From Dicyema japonicum (Eukaryota > Animalia > Dicyemida), in contig RDEW01000064.1 of the NCBI GenBank assembly GCA_011109175.1, positions 8,872 through 72,871 of the forward strand: 64,000 nucleotides of DNA. Reading direction: 5' to 3'. Below the pieces are notes generated by a model. That model was given only the letters and a program-made list of their open reading frames with translations, ran no database searches and was not told the origin of the DNA. Numbering within the stretch: the first letter of the stretch is position 1; each line of letters begins with the position of its first letter. The translations under genes were made by a program, and so were the position numbers. Of this stretch, positions 39,215-51,559 are shown piece by piece.

Positions 39215-41830
39215 CATCACTAACAAATCTTCATTTAGCTTCTCGTCGAGCCTCTTGCGTAGGGCAATCTTGATCTCTACTCTCCTCGATTTTTCAAGAA
39301 GCAATATAAAAAGCTGTTTCTATGCAATGTAATACGATCCTTCCATTCCATGAGAAGTGATGGAATGTAAGTTTTCTTCTTTGTTTGAAGTCAATACTAG
39401 TTTTCTCAATGGCTGATCTGAGATACTTCAGGGATCTTACAGTATATTCCGCATAGGGAGCTTGCTGATTTCCTTTTCCATTTTGGAGAATAAGTCTTCC
39501 GACCTTGGGCAGTTATTCCCTTTTAGAAGCCAATGAGAGGAATGCTCTATATTCACATAATCCTCCAACAAATTCTTATAAATAACGGAATGAAGACTCT
39601 TCAATCTTATTTGATTCANNNNNNNNNNNNNNNNNNNNNNNNNNNNNNNNNNNNNNNNNNNNNNNNNNNNNNNNNNNNNNNNNNNNNNNNNNNNNNNNNN
39701 NNNNNNNNNNNNNNNNNNNNNNNNNNNNNNNNNNNNNNNNNNNNNNNNNNNNNNNNNNNNNNNNNNNNNNNNNNNNNNNNNNNNNNNNNNNNNNNNNNNN
39801 NNNNNNNNNNNNNNNNNNNNNNNNNNNNNNNNNNNNNNNNNNNNNNNNNNNNNNNNNNNNNNNNNNNNNNNNNNNNNNNNNNNNNNNNNNNNNNNNNNNN
39901 NNNNNNNNNNNNNNNNNNNNNNNNNNNNNNNNNNNNNNNNNNNNNNNNNNNNNNNNNNNNNNNNNNNNNNNNNNNNNNNNNNNNNNNNNNNNNNNNNNNN
40001 NNNNNNNNNNNNNNNNNNNNNNNNNNNNNNNNNNNNNNNNNNNNNNNNNNNNNNNNNNNNNNNNNNNNNNNNNNNNNNNNNNNNNNNNNNNNNNNNNNNN
40101 NNNNNNNNNNNNNNNNNNNNNNNNNNNNNNNNNNNNNNNNNNNNNNNNNNNNNNNNNNNNNNNNNNNNNNNNNNNNNNNNNNNNNNNNNNNNNNNNNNNN
40201 NNNNNNNNCCTCTTGCGCAGGGCAATCTTGATCTCTACTCTCCTCGATTTTTCAAGAAGCAATATAAAAAACTGTTTCTATGCAATGTAATACGATCCTT
40301 CCATTCCATGAGAAGTGATGGAATGTAAGTTTTCTTCTTTGTTTAAAGTCAATACTAGTTTTCTCAATGGCTGATCTGAGATACTTCAGGGATCTTACAG
40401 TATATTCCGCATAGGGAGCTTGCTGATTTCCTTTTCCATTTTGGAGAATAAGTCTTCCGACCTTGGGCAGTTATTCCCTTTTAGAAGCCAATGAAAGGAA
40501 TGCTCTATATTCACATAATCCTCCAACAAATTCTTATAAATAACGGAATGAAGACTCTTCAATCTTATTTGATTCACTGAACATTCTTTTTGCATTCTCG
40601 ATATCAATTTTATATCCAACTCAAAAGTGTACAGAATACTTTGACTTAAAAAATCTTCGATTAATGCCAAATGTGTTTTCTCAGAAATTTTGGCTTGAAG
40701 AATTGAGGCACTTCTACTGCAAACAAGACTTCTGAGTTTAAAATCATGAAAAAATCCATATAACATCTTCCCACTTAGAAGGGAGATAGAGCGTAGCCCC
40801 CTCCCAAGGTAATACCTCGTTAAATAAAGCCTCTGCTTGCATGCAGGTTTGAGATGGGCTCGATGTTTAATCAACATGGTGCGGATAGATGAGTCAATCA
40901 TTGACAAAGCATGATTGTAAATAGCTTTCAACAAATTCACTGCATTTAATTTGGTATTCATGAGTTTCTAAATTCTCTAGTTACTTGCAAAGAAATTATT
41001 TTTAACATTTCTGGCTTTTGAATTTGTCCGGAAGTACCTTCCAATACACCGAGGTATTTATATCCATCATTCCCTCTAACAACTTGGCTTCATTTGATAA
41101 CGAGACATTTGTAGCAACTTTTCTAGATTCCTTTCCAACCCCACAGCACTGAAGTACAAATTATCATCTTCCATCATCTTGACAATAACATCTTCACTAG
41201 TCGCGATAAGTTTTAAATCGTCAATAAATAAAAGATGATGAGTTGAGAATGACGAGACAGACTGATCATGATTTAAAACGGAGACTTTTGGATACCTATA
41301 TGTCAATAAACGGCATGTGGGTCAAGCACTAAAACAAATAACATGGGGGATAGACTATCCTCTGCAAAATTGCCCTTTCAATCTGAATATCACGAATATT
41401 TTCATTATTCAACATTGATTTATTATTGACAGCTCTTTTGCCATCTCAAATCTTCTAGATAGATCATTGCTGTTTTCTCAACACTGGTTCATAACAAGGA
41501 GGTCACTGATTTTGTGAAAAAAGTCTAAGCGGTCCTGTGGATCTACGTATCTCCTCAGTTTAGTCTTTAGATTACTTCTTATCAATAAAATCTTCTTGAT
41601 GTTCCAGGGAAAATGGACAACATCGTTTCTTTAGTATATTTTTCTGGCAACATTATCCTGACAGTATAATATCAGATCCGTTAATCGTTTACTTGTTTTA
41701 TCAATTTCCAGAGGAATCTTAGGCTCACTGTGGCCTAACATTAACTCCTTTGCAATGAACATCCTATAGCATTGGTTATCAACTTTAAAGTGCTCGCGGA
41801 ACCCTTTTGGGCTAATTTTTTTTGCGAAAC
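39215..41830 (-). mobile_element. R4/Dong-like element, decayed; sequence duplicated on both sides of the gap
   Basis: GNFAEDSLSP, THHLLFIDDLKL, KLNAVNLLKAI, RLYLTR..GRGL; 39215-39618 is nearly identical to 40209-40575. Confidence 0.75.
39619..40208. other. Assembly gap (590 N)
   Basis: Run of n. Confidence 1.
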
Positions 41831-42699
41831 CCTTATAATTCAATTATCACAATCACAATAACCAAAAACAATTTTTAATGTAGCTGTATCCTCACATCAG
41901 CCGAAGCATTCAGTTTATTTCAATATTTTGTTTTAATAGATATATTGAAAAACCAGACTCGCATAAGTAAGTCGTTGGAGAAGGTAATACCCTTTGGAAG
42001 GTAATACCCTTTTCTGAGATATCAGGATATTTTGAAATGTATGCTCTCCAAAAATTAAAAAGGGATTAACTTTGATTGGATTTCATCAAATTTATCTGGA
42101 AAATATTTCGCAATGTTATCATCCAAAATTACCAAATGATCTTTGATTTCCTGAAGTACTGTATCGTCAATGCGCAATTCGATTCATTAAAGCGGCATGT
42201 AATGTTATTTTTATTTACGGATTACCGCCAAAATTCGATTCTCCGTTTAAGGTCATTACTTAATCGTTCAAAATAAAAACATATTGATATTTTCCTTCTG
42301 GATAATTTTTTTGAACTTGACTTTATAAAATTTTCGGCAATTATAATGCCTCTCCACAACGTGCTACAAGATAACTCACCTGTTTTTAATTAAAAATAAT
42401 TCTACACTTCATAAGATGCTCTGGTCGATTTTAAGGTGTCGTCTTTCGCAAAATTGGACATTTCCAACTTGCACCTTGTGGATGCATTTAATTTATTTTG
42501 AAAAAAAAGGAAATATCTTTATCCTTTATATTAGGATGCTTTTGGCGGGAGCAATAGATGTGTTAGTGATTTTACAATTTAATTAAATTAATAATTAATT
42601 AATTTAAAAATTCACATAGTCCAACACCGAGCTGTCACCGAGCCATCGGGATGTGAGAACTTGGTTGAGCTGGTGACGTGGCTCTAATAAAGTATTAAC

Positions 42700-43080
42700 A
42701 TGTCTGAAAAGTACGAACCTTTTCTTTTGGAGAAATTCTCGCTGCTCTCATTCAACGTCCGAAGCCTAACCTATTCTTGGAAAAGGACCTCCCTCTGTCA
42801 AGACCTACATAATTACGATGTTTATGTAGTAGTTTCAATGCTGGGAAAGAGGTTCTGATGCCACCAAAAATAGATTTGATCAAACCAAGCTTTTTTGAGC
42901 AGGTTCCGGAGATATATTCGACATGAGGGGAGAAGGTCATGTGCGTGTCAAAGGCGACTCCTAAAATTTTCAATATCTTCGTAAAAGGTATTTTAGTTTG
43001 GTTGATAAATAAATTAACGGTCATTTTTCCAAGACGTTTGTCTGAGGTAAAAGGGATGTGGAGGACTTCTCAGGTGATAT
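42700..43080 (-). mobile_element. I-group LINE RT fragment
   Basis: IPFTKILKILGVAFDTHMTFSPHV..KKLGLIK. Confidence 0.55.
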
Positions 43081-43691
43081 ATCAAGTCTGTTGGATGACT
43101 ATGGAATATAAGGATTTTGGTTAGAAATAAGATTTAGTTAATTTATTCAATTTAATTTATTTATTCAATTTTATTACGTATTTTGAATAATATATTAATT
43201 CTATTTTTAAATATTAAAAATTGGTTTACAAAACCACTTACAAGACAACAAAATATAATAGGTAGGCTTTGAAAGAATTAAATGATGATTATAAAATCTT
43301 GAGTTATTTCAGGTTCTTTATCATAAATATGTCAAATGGTTTGTTCTCAATGATGAATTATGGATAAGTTACATAATTATTTAGTTCATCAAAGAGGCAG
43401 TGGAAAATGAGAATACTCCATTGCACGATTGAAACTTCAATCGATTTTTCACACCTATTCCTCTGGAGAAAAATATAAACGAAAAATTGTTTCATGAAAT
43501 CTGAAATTAATGTCATGAATTAGCAAACGTTCGTCCACAATCCCAAGACTGACCCCATTGCACGATTGAAACTTCAATCGATTTTTCACACCTATTCCTC
43601 TGGAGAAAAATATAAACGAAAAATTGTTTCATGAAATCTGAAATTAATGTCATGAATTAGCAAACGTTCGTCCACAATCCCAAGACTGACC
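43080..43691 (+). repeat. Unidentified dispersed repeat shared with 48800-49300; includes a 137-bp tandem duplication
   Basis: atgactatggaatat.aggattttggttagaaataa and atgattataaaatcttgagttatttcaggt occur at both loci. Confidence 0.65.
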
Positions 43692-43799
43692 GACCGCATT
43701 TTCTACGTCCTATTTAATAGCTGCTGGCCTCCTACAAATTAGTGAGGCTTTTTCTTTATGGAAATTGCACAAAGTGCATAAAAAAATGGACTCCCGAAG

Positions 43800-45130
43800 A
43801 TGAATTACCAACAAATCGGACCTTTTCTCGAGGAGCCAATATCTGACTAACTCTGTTTTCTTAAACATATCCAGCCTGCTAAAGTCCAAGAAAATACCAC
43901 TTAGGAATCCGAAAGCCGTTCGCATCCATGCCGCTTAATGTCTATCTTCACTTTTCGACGATGCACTCATATCGAACTTTGAAGGTTCTTGGATACAAGA
44001 AAATACCACTTAGGAATCCGAAAGCCGTTCGCATCCATGCCGCTTAATGTCTATCTTCACTTTTCGACGATGCACTCATATCGAACTTTGAAGGTTCTTG
44101 GATATGAATACTGATCCTTGCTCATCTCGCTTTTGGCCTCTCAATCAATGAATCTACAAATAAATGACCACGGCCAAACTAAAGCCATACGTTCTGGAGG
44201 TACACATGAGTTAAACATTCATCAAGAATGAAGAAGAATATTCAGACTATTTAAGAACACAACCTCTCCAACATTCAGGCACCGCAAATATGTAAACCCT
44301 CAGTCAAACCATCGCCCAATCCTTACAAACTCAAAGAGAGGGTGAATCAAAAAATTCTTGAAGGAGATATCCGAGAAGCTATAAGAGTGGTTGCTTCGGA
44401 CGATACAGTCTTTTCCCATTCCTCAAAAAACCAAACCCTCCGATCGACTTTGATGCCTACTACTCTTGAAACTAATCTGAAGATATAAATTAGCAAGAGT
44501 GATGTGCGTTTGTGGATTGCATCGTTTGCTGGCAGTAGCAGCGGAGACTGGATGGACTGCGTTCAGATAATATCAGGGATCTGACGTCTGGTCCTACAGG
44601 TGAGGCTGAACATAATCTAGTCGAGTAGATCACTAATCTTACTTACCGTATAATTAATGGGGATATTCCATCACATGCATGGGACTTTCTCTTCTCTGCT
44701 CATCTACTTGCATCCAATAAGAGTGATTGAGGCATCCGTCCCATTGCAGTTGGGAACTATTTCCGAAGATTGGCTGAGAAAATTGCTTACAGATTTGTCT
44801 CTCCAAGGATTCAGTGAATAATTATCCCAATCAAACTTTATGTAGGCGTACGTAACGGATGCGAAGCCTCAGGTGTTTCTTCCCACAAGAAAACCAAAAA
44901 TAATCCGTGTCTGTGATTAAAGCTCGGTATCACTATTGTCTTCAATAAGTTTAAGAGATATCGTATCATTGAAGTATGCAGAAAGCGATCACCTGAGCTC
45001 ATTCTCATTGTCATTCTTTCATACGGATCAAATTCCTCTCTGGTTTTTGGGGATGAGATCATCAAGTTACAGTTCGCACACCTCGTCGAACCGCATTGAA
45101 TAATGTTATTCTGCGAACCCTCGATGCATC
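43800..45130 (+). mobile_element. CRE-like fragment (N-terminal region plus early RT), decayed; 109-bp tandem duplication at 43887-44104
   Basis: KIPLRNPKAVRI, EGDIREAIRVVASDD, GIRPIAVGNYFRRLA, VGVRNGCEA. Confidence 0.75.
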
Positions 45131-45899
45131 TTCTACGGACGGTAATTTGGCAATCTCAATCAAACCATTTGGAAGTTGCTTGATAATCAGAAAAAATGAA
45201 TCCATTGTTGGGGGAATTCACTTTTGGTGGCGACTAACCATTACTATCTCTCATTTGATGGTAATAAAAATCCAATGAAAATACATTTCATTTGACGGCC
45301 AAATTATTAAAATCCAAAATTTTCTTTTCAATTTGAATGGCGAAGGAAATTTATTCCGACTGAAAATGCTACTAGTAATATCATCCTTGTTTTTTATCCT
45401 ACCCATTTCAAGTCAAAATGGGAAATACTTAAAGGACTACACAAGCGAATCACACATGATGTTGTTAAAAAAGATGAGAAAAACATTCCAGTACCTAACT
45501 TGTATGGTTTTGATTTTGTACCGAAAATGCTGAGTAAGTAATAATTAGTTAATGATTTTATTATGTTTGGTGATTTTGAATAAACAAGTTTACTCCAATA
45601 TCACGACATCACTTTTCAAGTCAGGAAGAGGTATAGAGAAAGACAAAGTTATATCATCGAGAAGAATAAATTATATTATGACGCAAACACATATATATTT
45701 ATAATCAAACCCTCGTGATTAAAACTCCTTAACCATTTTTATGTTTTCTGTCTCAATTTTTAAAAATCCTATTGCAAACGACTGAACTTACATATTTTAG
45801 TAAAATGAACAAACATTATTTCTAAATGAAGGATATTATGATAAAATCGAGTATGTGTCAGTTTAATAATGTCCCCGTTTGGGTGTTATTGTTGTAGGA

Positions 45900-47790
45900 G
45901 TTGATTTTTGGTTTCTGAGACCGAGGTCCCCCAGCAGGAAGAGTTATTTAGCAGGACCGGCTTTACGAAAGCATTATAAAGGCGCAAACGAAGCGCGATC
46001 GTTATCGGTCTGTTAGCCAACTAATCAGTTTTCATCTTGTTAAGTGGGACCGTCGATAGTACTTTTTTCCGGGTAATGTCCTCACTGTCTCCGAGGAGAG
46101 AGTCGAGCTTTCTGGAACGTCTCCATCCCTCTTCCAATCTTGATCCCATGTGTACGATTTCCACAAAATCAGTTTTAGTTGTAAATTCGGCTTGTTCCGT
46201 AGCGTCAAAAATCACATTCCCTTCGTTATCCTGAATTTTTAGTATGCCCTTTTGGTTCCTCCTCTTAAGCAGGCGCATTGCCAAAAACATCTGCCCACAA
46301 TCATTTAGATTTTCCACTTCCTTTAGCCTGCCATCCAAAACGTTTGCTACATGTTCAATGTTTAATTTTCTGATTTTTCTCTGTATTATAGTACGTTCCG
46401 ACTGTAAAAAGCATTTCCTTTCTGTGTTCGTCATGTTTTCTAGCGATAGTCGAAGATTCTTCTGTGTTGCAGCAAGTGCGGGAACCTCGTTCTGTATTAT
46501 AGTACGTTCCGACTGTAAAAAGCATTTCCTTTCTGTGTTCGTCATGTTTTCTAGCGATAGTCGAAGATTCTTCTGTGTTGCAGCAAGTGCGAGAACATCG
46601 GGGTGGCCCTGCTCGGAACCTCGTGCGTTGTGCTGCCGCCTCCCAATATGTTCGTCTGCAGCCATGTGAATTCTTTCCATTGTAAGCGTCCAAGTGACTC
46701 CCGGTGGAAAGCCTGCTTCTATTGCTTGTAGATTATGTTCCATGGATGCTTGAGAGATATTTCGATGACATAATCTCTCGACCTGGTATCGTCTCCGTAT
46801 GACCTAAGATGGCTTTGTTCCTGAAGTGCGTGCAAAGAGACTTGTAATATCAAACAGGGCCACTACGATCTTGTGATCGCTTTCTACGACGGCACCTCCG
46901 TATGACCTCGAGTCCCGTAGTGTTCTATCTTTCTGTCGGCAAAGAATGTAATCAATCTAATTGTAAATCATCACATGGCCCCCAGATTCATTTCTTCAGA
47001 ATGTAATCAATCTGATTGTAAATCATCACATGGCCCACAGATTCATTTCTTCAGAATGTAATCAATCTAATTGTAAATCATCACATGGCCCCCAGATTCA
47101 TTTCTTCAGCAGCTCGTCCAGGTAGTCTTATGTCGTGCGGCATGCGTAGACGCAGTGTTACACAGGAATAGACCAAATGCCCGGCAGAAATTTATCAGCA
47201 CAGCCCCCGGCAGGTTCCTGATACCTCTTCCGTGTCTTCCGATAATCGACTCATGTTCCCGACGTACTCCTGCTGTAGCATTCCAGTCTCCGGCAATGAA
47301 AACTAGAAAAGACGATTCCAGCTCGGCATATGTCCTCGACAGCTGCACGTAGAAAGCGTCAAGTTCGTCCGAATCTTTGGCGACCCGTCCACTGTGGATT
47401 GCTTAAACATTTATAATTGAGATAAGGGCCCTCGACGTGCTTTTGACCCCAACTCGTATTTGCAGTATGCTGACTCTGTCGTTAACACTGCAACACCGAC
47501 TTATCCCACGAACAAGTTTCTTGTGCACGACAAATCCCTGTCCATAGTGTCTTAATGACGATGGTAGTAAAATGAGTCTATAGTCTCCATGTAGCTCGTC
47601 CATTCCAGCCAGTACTTTTGTCTCTTGTAGGCATCCCACGTCTGCACCATATCTCCCCAGATCCGAACAATGCAGGTTTCTTTTCCACTCCTTGCTGATC
47701 CCTCTTACATTGAAAGATGTTATCTTAAGCTCCTCCAAGCGGTTTAAGTGCGTTTCAGAGATTTGTGCAATAGAGATGTCGTCACCACCT
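45900..47790 (-). mobile_element. RTE-like LINE with APE domain and most of RT deleted; tandem duplications of 111 bp x2 (46380-46590) and 55 bp x3 (46943-47108)
   Basis: SFNVRGI, CLQETK, AGDWNA, RHKTTW, QID, SDHKIV; the linker joins directly to RT-terminal LDSLLGDSED. Confidence 0.8.
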
Positions 47791-50092
47791 CAACCAAAAA
47801 TGATTTCATTCATAATACATGCTAAATATAAACTTATACTATAAAAATAACTGATAATCTGTTGGAAGGTTATATTGGAAAACTTTTTCTAATTTATGCA
47901 CAATTGTCAGCTCAATGGCGTGTGTAGGGTGAAATATGAATTAATACGTTTATAAACTAAATTCCGTAAATTGATGTAATAATTCTGATGCACAATTCAG
48001 TTATCTTCACAGCAATATTTTATTACACGACCATGATCAAGGAATGTAGCAATCAAGGAATTGTTGAGTCCCTATTGTAATATTTAAAATCATTTATTAT
48101 CACAGATATTGGTTTGACTGTCAACTTGGCAATACTCCTGAACTTAGCTACGATTCAGAGATAAATATACTTTATGTACGAAACATTACTGTATTTAGCG
48201 GAAATGTTTTATCATTTGATAAAGTGAATGTTGGAAATTTGTATAATAATGTAAATCATTTATAGTATTTGCCAAAGTGATCGTAGTATTACAACTATTA
48301 ATTCGAATACTTTTCCTAGTACAATTTCAGCAATGTATTATATATTTTAAATTGATAGAGATTTAGAAACTTGTCACGGATTGACACTTATACATATAGA
48401 TTTTGCTGAAACACTGACAAATCTTAGAACTATGTAATTTATACTATTATTTTATAGTCATTTTCCTACTGATACAATTATACAATCTTTAGGGTAGCTG
48501 TTTCTGATTATGTTGAATTAAGAGGGTATTTTCAATATTAAATTAGTATTCTTGCATTATGCATTGATCCATTTAATAAAACACGAGCGTTTAGAATTAT
48601 ATTTAATTTAGATATAAATCTGATGTTAAACATATATTTATAAATAATAATAAAATGTATTTGTTTGATATTAATATAATTAGAGCATACAACAAATCAA
48701 CATATCGAATATGTAATTATAAATATTATTTCAGTCTGTAGTGCCATAGGAAACCCAAACAACGTGCTTGGCATGTGTGGAAAGCGTAATAAATTAATGC
48801 TAACATGACTATGGAATATTAGGATTTTGGTTAGAAATAAAAATTAGTTAATTTATTCAACAATGACAACAAAGGATAATAGGTAGGCATATGGAGGTTT
48901 AAATAATGATTATAAAATCTTGAGTTATTTCAGGTGCATCATCATTAATATTTCAAAATCGTTTGATCTTAATGATGAATTATTGACAAGTGACCCAATT
49001 ATTTAGTTTATCGAAGAGGCGGTGAAAAAGTGGAAATTTATGTCTAAAGGACATAAAAACTCGAATAAAAGCTAATTCGTTCTGTAATGTTTTGTTATCT
49101 GCCATACCCGACAGGAAAATGTATAAGCCAATTAAGTGGTCCAATTATTTAGATACTGTACTGTCATAACGTTTTCCTCCTATTGGACATTTTGAGAAGG
49201 TTCATTTGCATGATAGAAACCTCATTCAATATTCCAGACCGATGTCTCTGGATAAAAATATTAAAGTTGAGGCATAAAATGTTGTTCCGTGGGTCCTCAA
49301 GAATAGCAAACTGAATTTTGAGCGAAAGGATGAAGTTTCATCCAATCTCGGTCGAAATCATAAATTTTAGAGAATGGATTTTGAGGTAACAGTTAAAGTG
49401 ACCAGGAAAAATTTTTCATCTTTAACGCTCCTCGATTCCGTGACGACCGAGGACCTGCCTCCAGGCTTTCTTGGAGACCTCTAAACGATTGTGAGACGCC
49501 TAAGAGTGGGATAGGATCCCGATAAACTACTAGATTGTCTTGGATTAGTTAACATGACTGCTGTTACTTCTTAACTAAAGTGTGAGTTCTGTCTAGCTGA
49601 GGTTTAACTAATAGAAACAATACTATTTTTTGGGTTAACTAATAGAAACATTACTAATCTATTTTCTTGGATGCCCACTCGACAATGCAGAATTATGGAA
49701 ACACTTTCAGTCCAAAGATATTTTCTTTCTACGAAAAGTCTTGCTATTCTGTACTCCCACAAATCTTTTTTCCTCATGAAGAGAAGCTTATGTTTGCCGA
49801 AATTGGATACTTCTGCGGAAATCCCAGTCCATCGGCCATCGAGATTTGCTACCGAGCCTGGATCAGACGTTAAAGCAAACAGTCGAGTCACTACTTTGCT
49901 ACTGAGCCTGGATCAATCTTTTTTAATGTAATAAAATGGCATTGTTGAGAATTCATTTTACGCAGTCTTGGTTGTCAGTTATTTAAGTATTTTTAATGGA
50001 TGAGAAGATAAATATAAATATTATTTGCTGGGTCATTTTTTGAAATTTAGTATTATTTTGAATAAAATATTTTTTTTAAAAAGAAACAAATT

Positions 50093-50460
50093 TCAGTTGA
50101 GGAAGCCGGCTGCTTTGATTGCGAACGAGTTCTCTTTGAGTATGGCCATTCCAATTTTTTGTCTCAACCATAACCCTTCTCGTTGATCCCTTATCTTTCT
50201 GGCAAGCATTCCTCTGAGTACTCGCAAGAACTCAGCCGTTATTGGACCAACGGCTCTCGATGATGAGTACATCGGTAGCGGTCCCTGAGGCAAGAATATT
50301 TTTTGATTTTTAGGCTCTCCGCAGTCGAAGCAGCTGCTCCAGGTGTCTGAACCGATTTGGAAATATTAGTGGTTGAGAACGTGTCTACACAAGTTACGTC
50401 CCAAACCAAAGATCTTCCAGACGTAAAGGGGAAAAGCTCATCCCGTCAGGTCTCTTTCCA
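50093..50460 (-). mobile_element. CRE-like 3' end (RLE), close relative of 7880-8258
   Basis: KRPDG..SLVWDVTCVD..WLRQKIGMAILKEN..AAGFLN*. Confidence 0.8.
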
Positions 50461-51559
50461 TCAGTTTAAAAAAATAATAATTTTAAAAATTATTTTATTA
50501 AAAAATATTTTTTGATAAATGTAAAAAAATGATATTTTTTTACTTAAAAAAACTTTTGAGTAATTTTCACTTAGTGAGCAGCTTCATTCGATCGCATCCT
50601 CGAACGAAGCCTTCGTCCGATTGGAGAAAATGAATTCTTCACCTCTTTCATTATTAAAACAAAAAAATGTCAACTAAGTGAACCCCCATTAATCCGAATT
50701 TTTTGATGAGTCAGCAAAATTTTACTAAATTTCCGTACAAACAGCCTTTACTTTTATTATTTAACTCCAAGACCACCAAGAAAGATAGGCTACTAACTAA
50801 TTAAGTGATCCCAGCCTCCAACAACATCCGAACTCTCTTAGTCTTCTGATGACCCAACCGCATTCCGAAAGCGCCTTCTTTTTTTTCAGCATCGAAATCC
50901 TATCAGGACCGCTAGTCTGTTTTAGAGCATTTTAGTCAACCGTAGTGGCACATGTGAATAAAATATTCTGAATAGTTTGCGGATTTGTAGGTTTTTATTA
51001 GTGATGTTATTTTTATTATTTTGTTTTAGTTTTTTTTAAATTTAATATATTTTTGGTAGTGATTGAGGATGCTTGCATTGCGCGTGTAATAATAAATGGG
51101 ATTGAATAATCGCTTCCTTAGAAAAGTCAACACCACAATGGAAACACAGATGTTTAGTGGACCATTTCATAATTTAAAAAAATCACTAAATAAAAAATCT
51201 CCCTGAAGGGGAATCGCCCCCTATGAGAAACACTGTCCTAGTAGATGATAATTGGACACAATATATTCTTTGTTACTGATCCCTCTTAGAAATACCCTTA
51301 ACAACGATGTATGCGTAAATTCTACATTTAATAAGCTCAAGGCAAAAAATTCAATTATAGACTTTATTAAACTTCCCTTACAGGTGGAAAATAAACTAAA
51401 TTAAAATCATAACCCAACTATCTACCAAGCCATGTTTATTAATCGAAAATAACATCAGGAAACCAATGCTCAATAACATCATGCGACAAATACTTTGTCC
51501 CTTTGATCACCTACCATACAATCATCACTTACTTTCCCTAAACACATCTTCATCATTGT

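Noticed and set aside
39437-40262. Long ORFs of 228-262 aa in the track (also 5887-6611)
   Set aside because: Artefacts of translating N runs.
46943-47108. Short direct repeats as a possible CRISPR array
   Set aside because: Whole 55-bp units repeat with no unique spacers; eukaryotic context, no cas genes.
50840-50880. CTGATGA..GAAA hammerhead-like core (also 58655)
   Set aside because: No stem II or flanking stems could be formed by eye.
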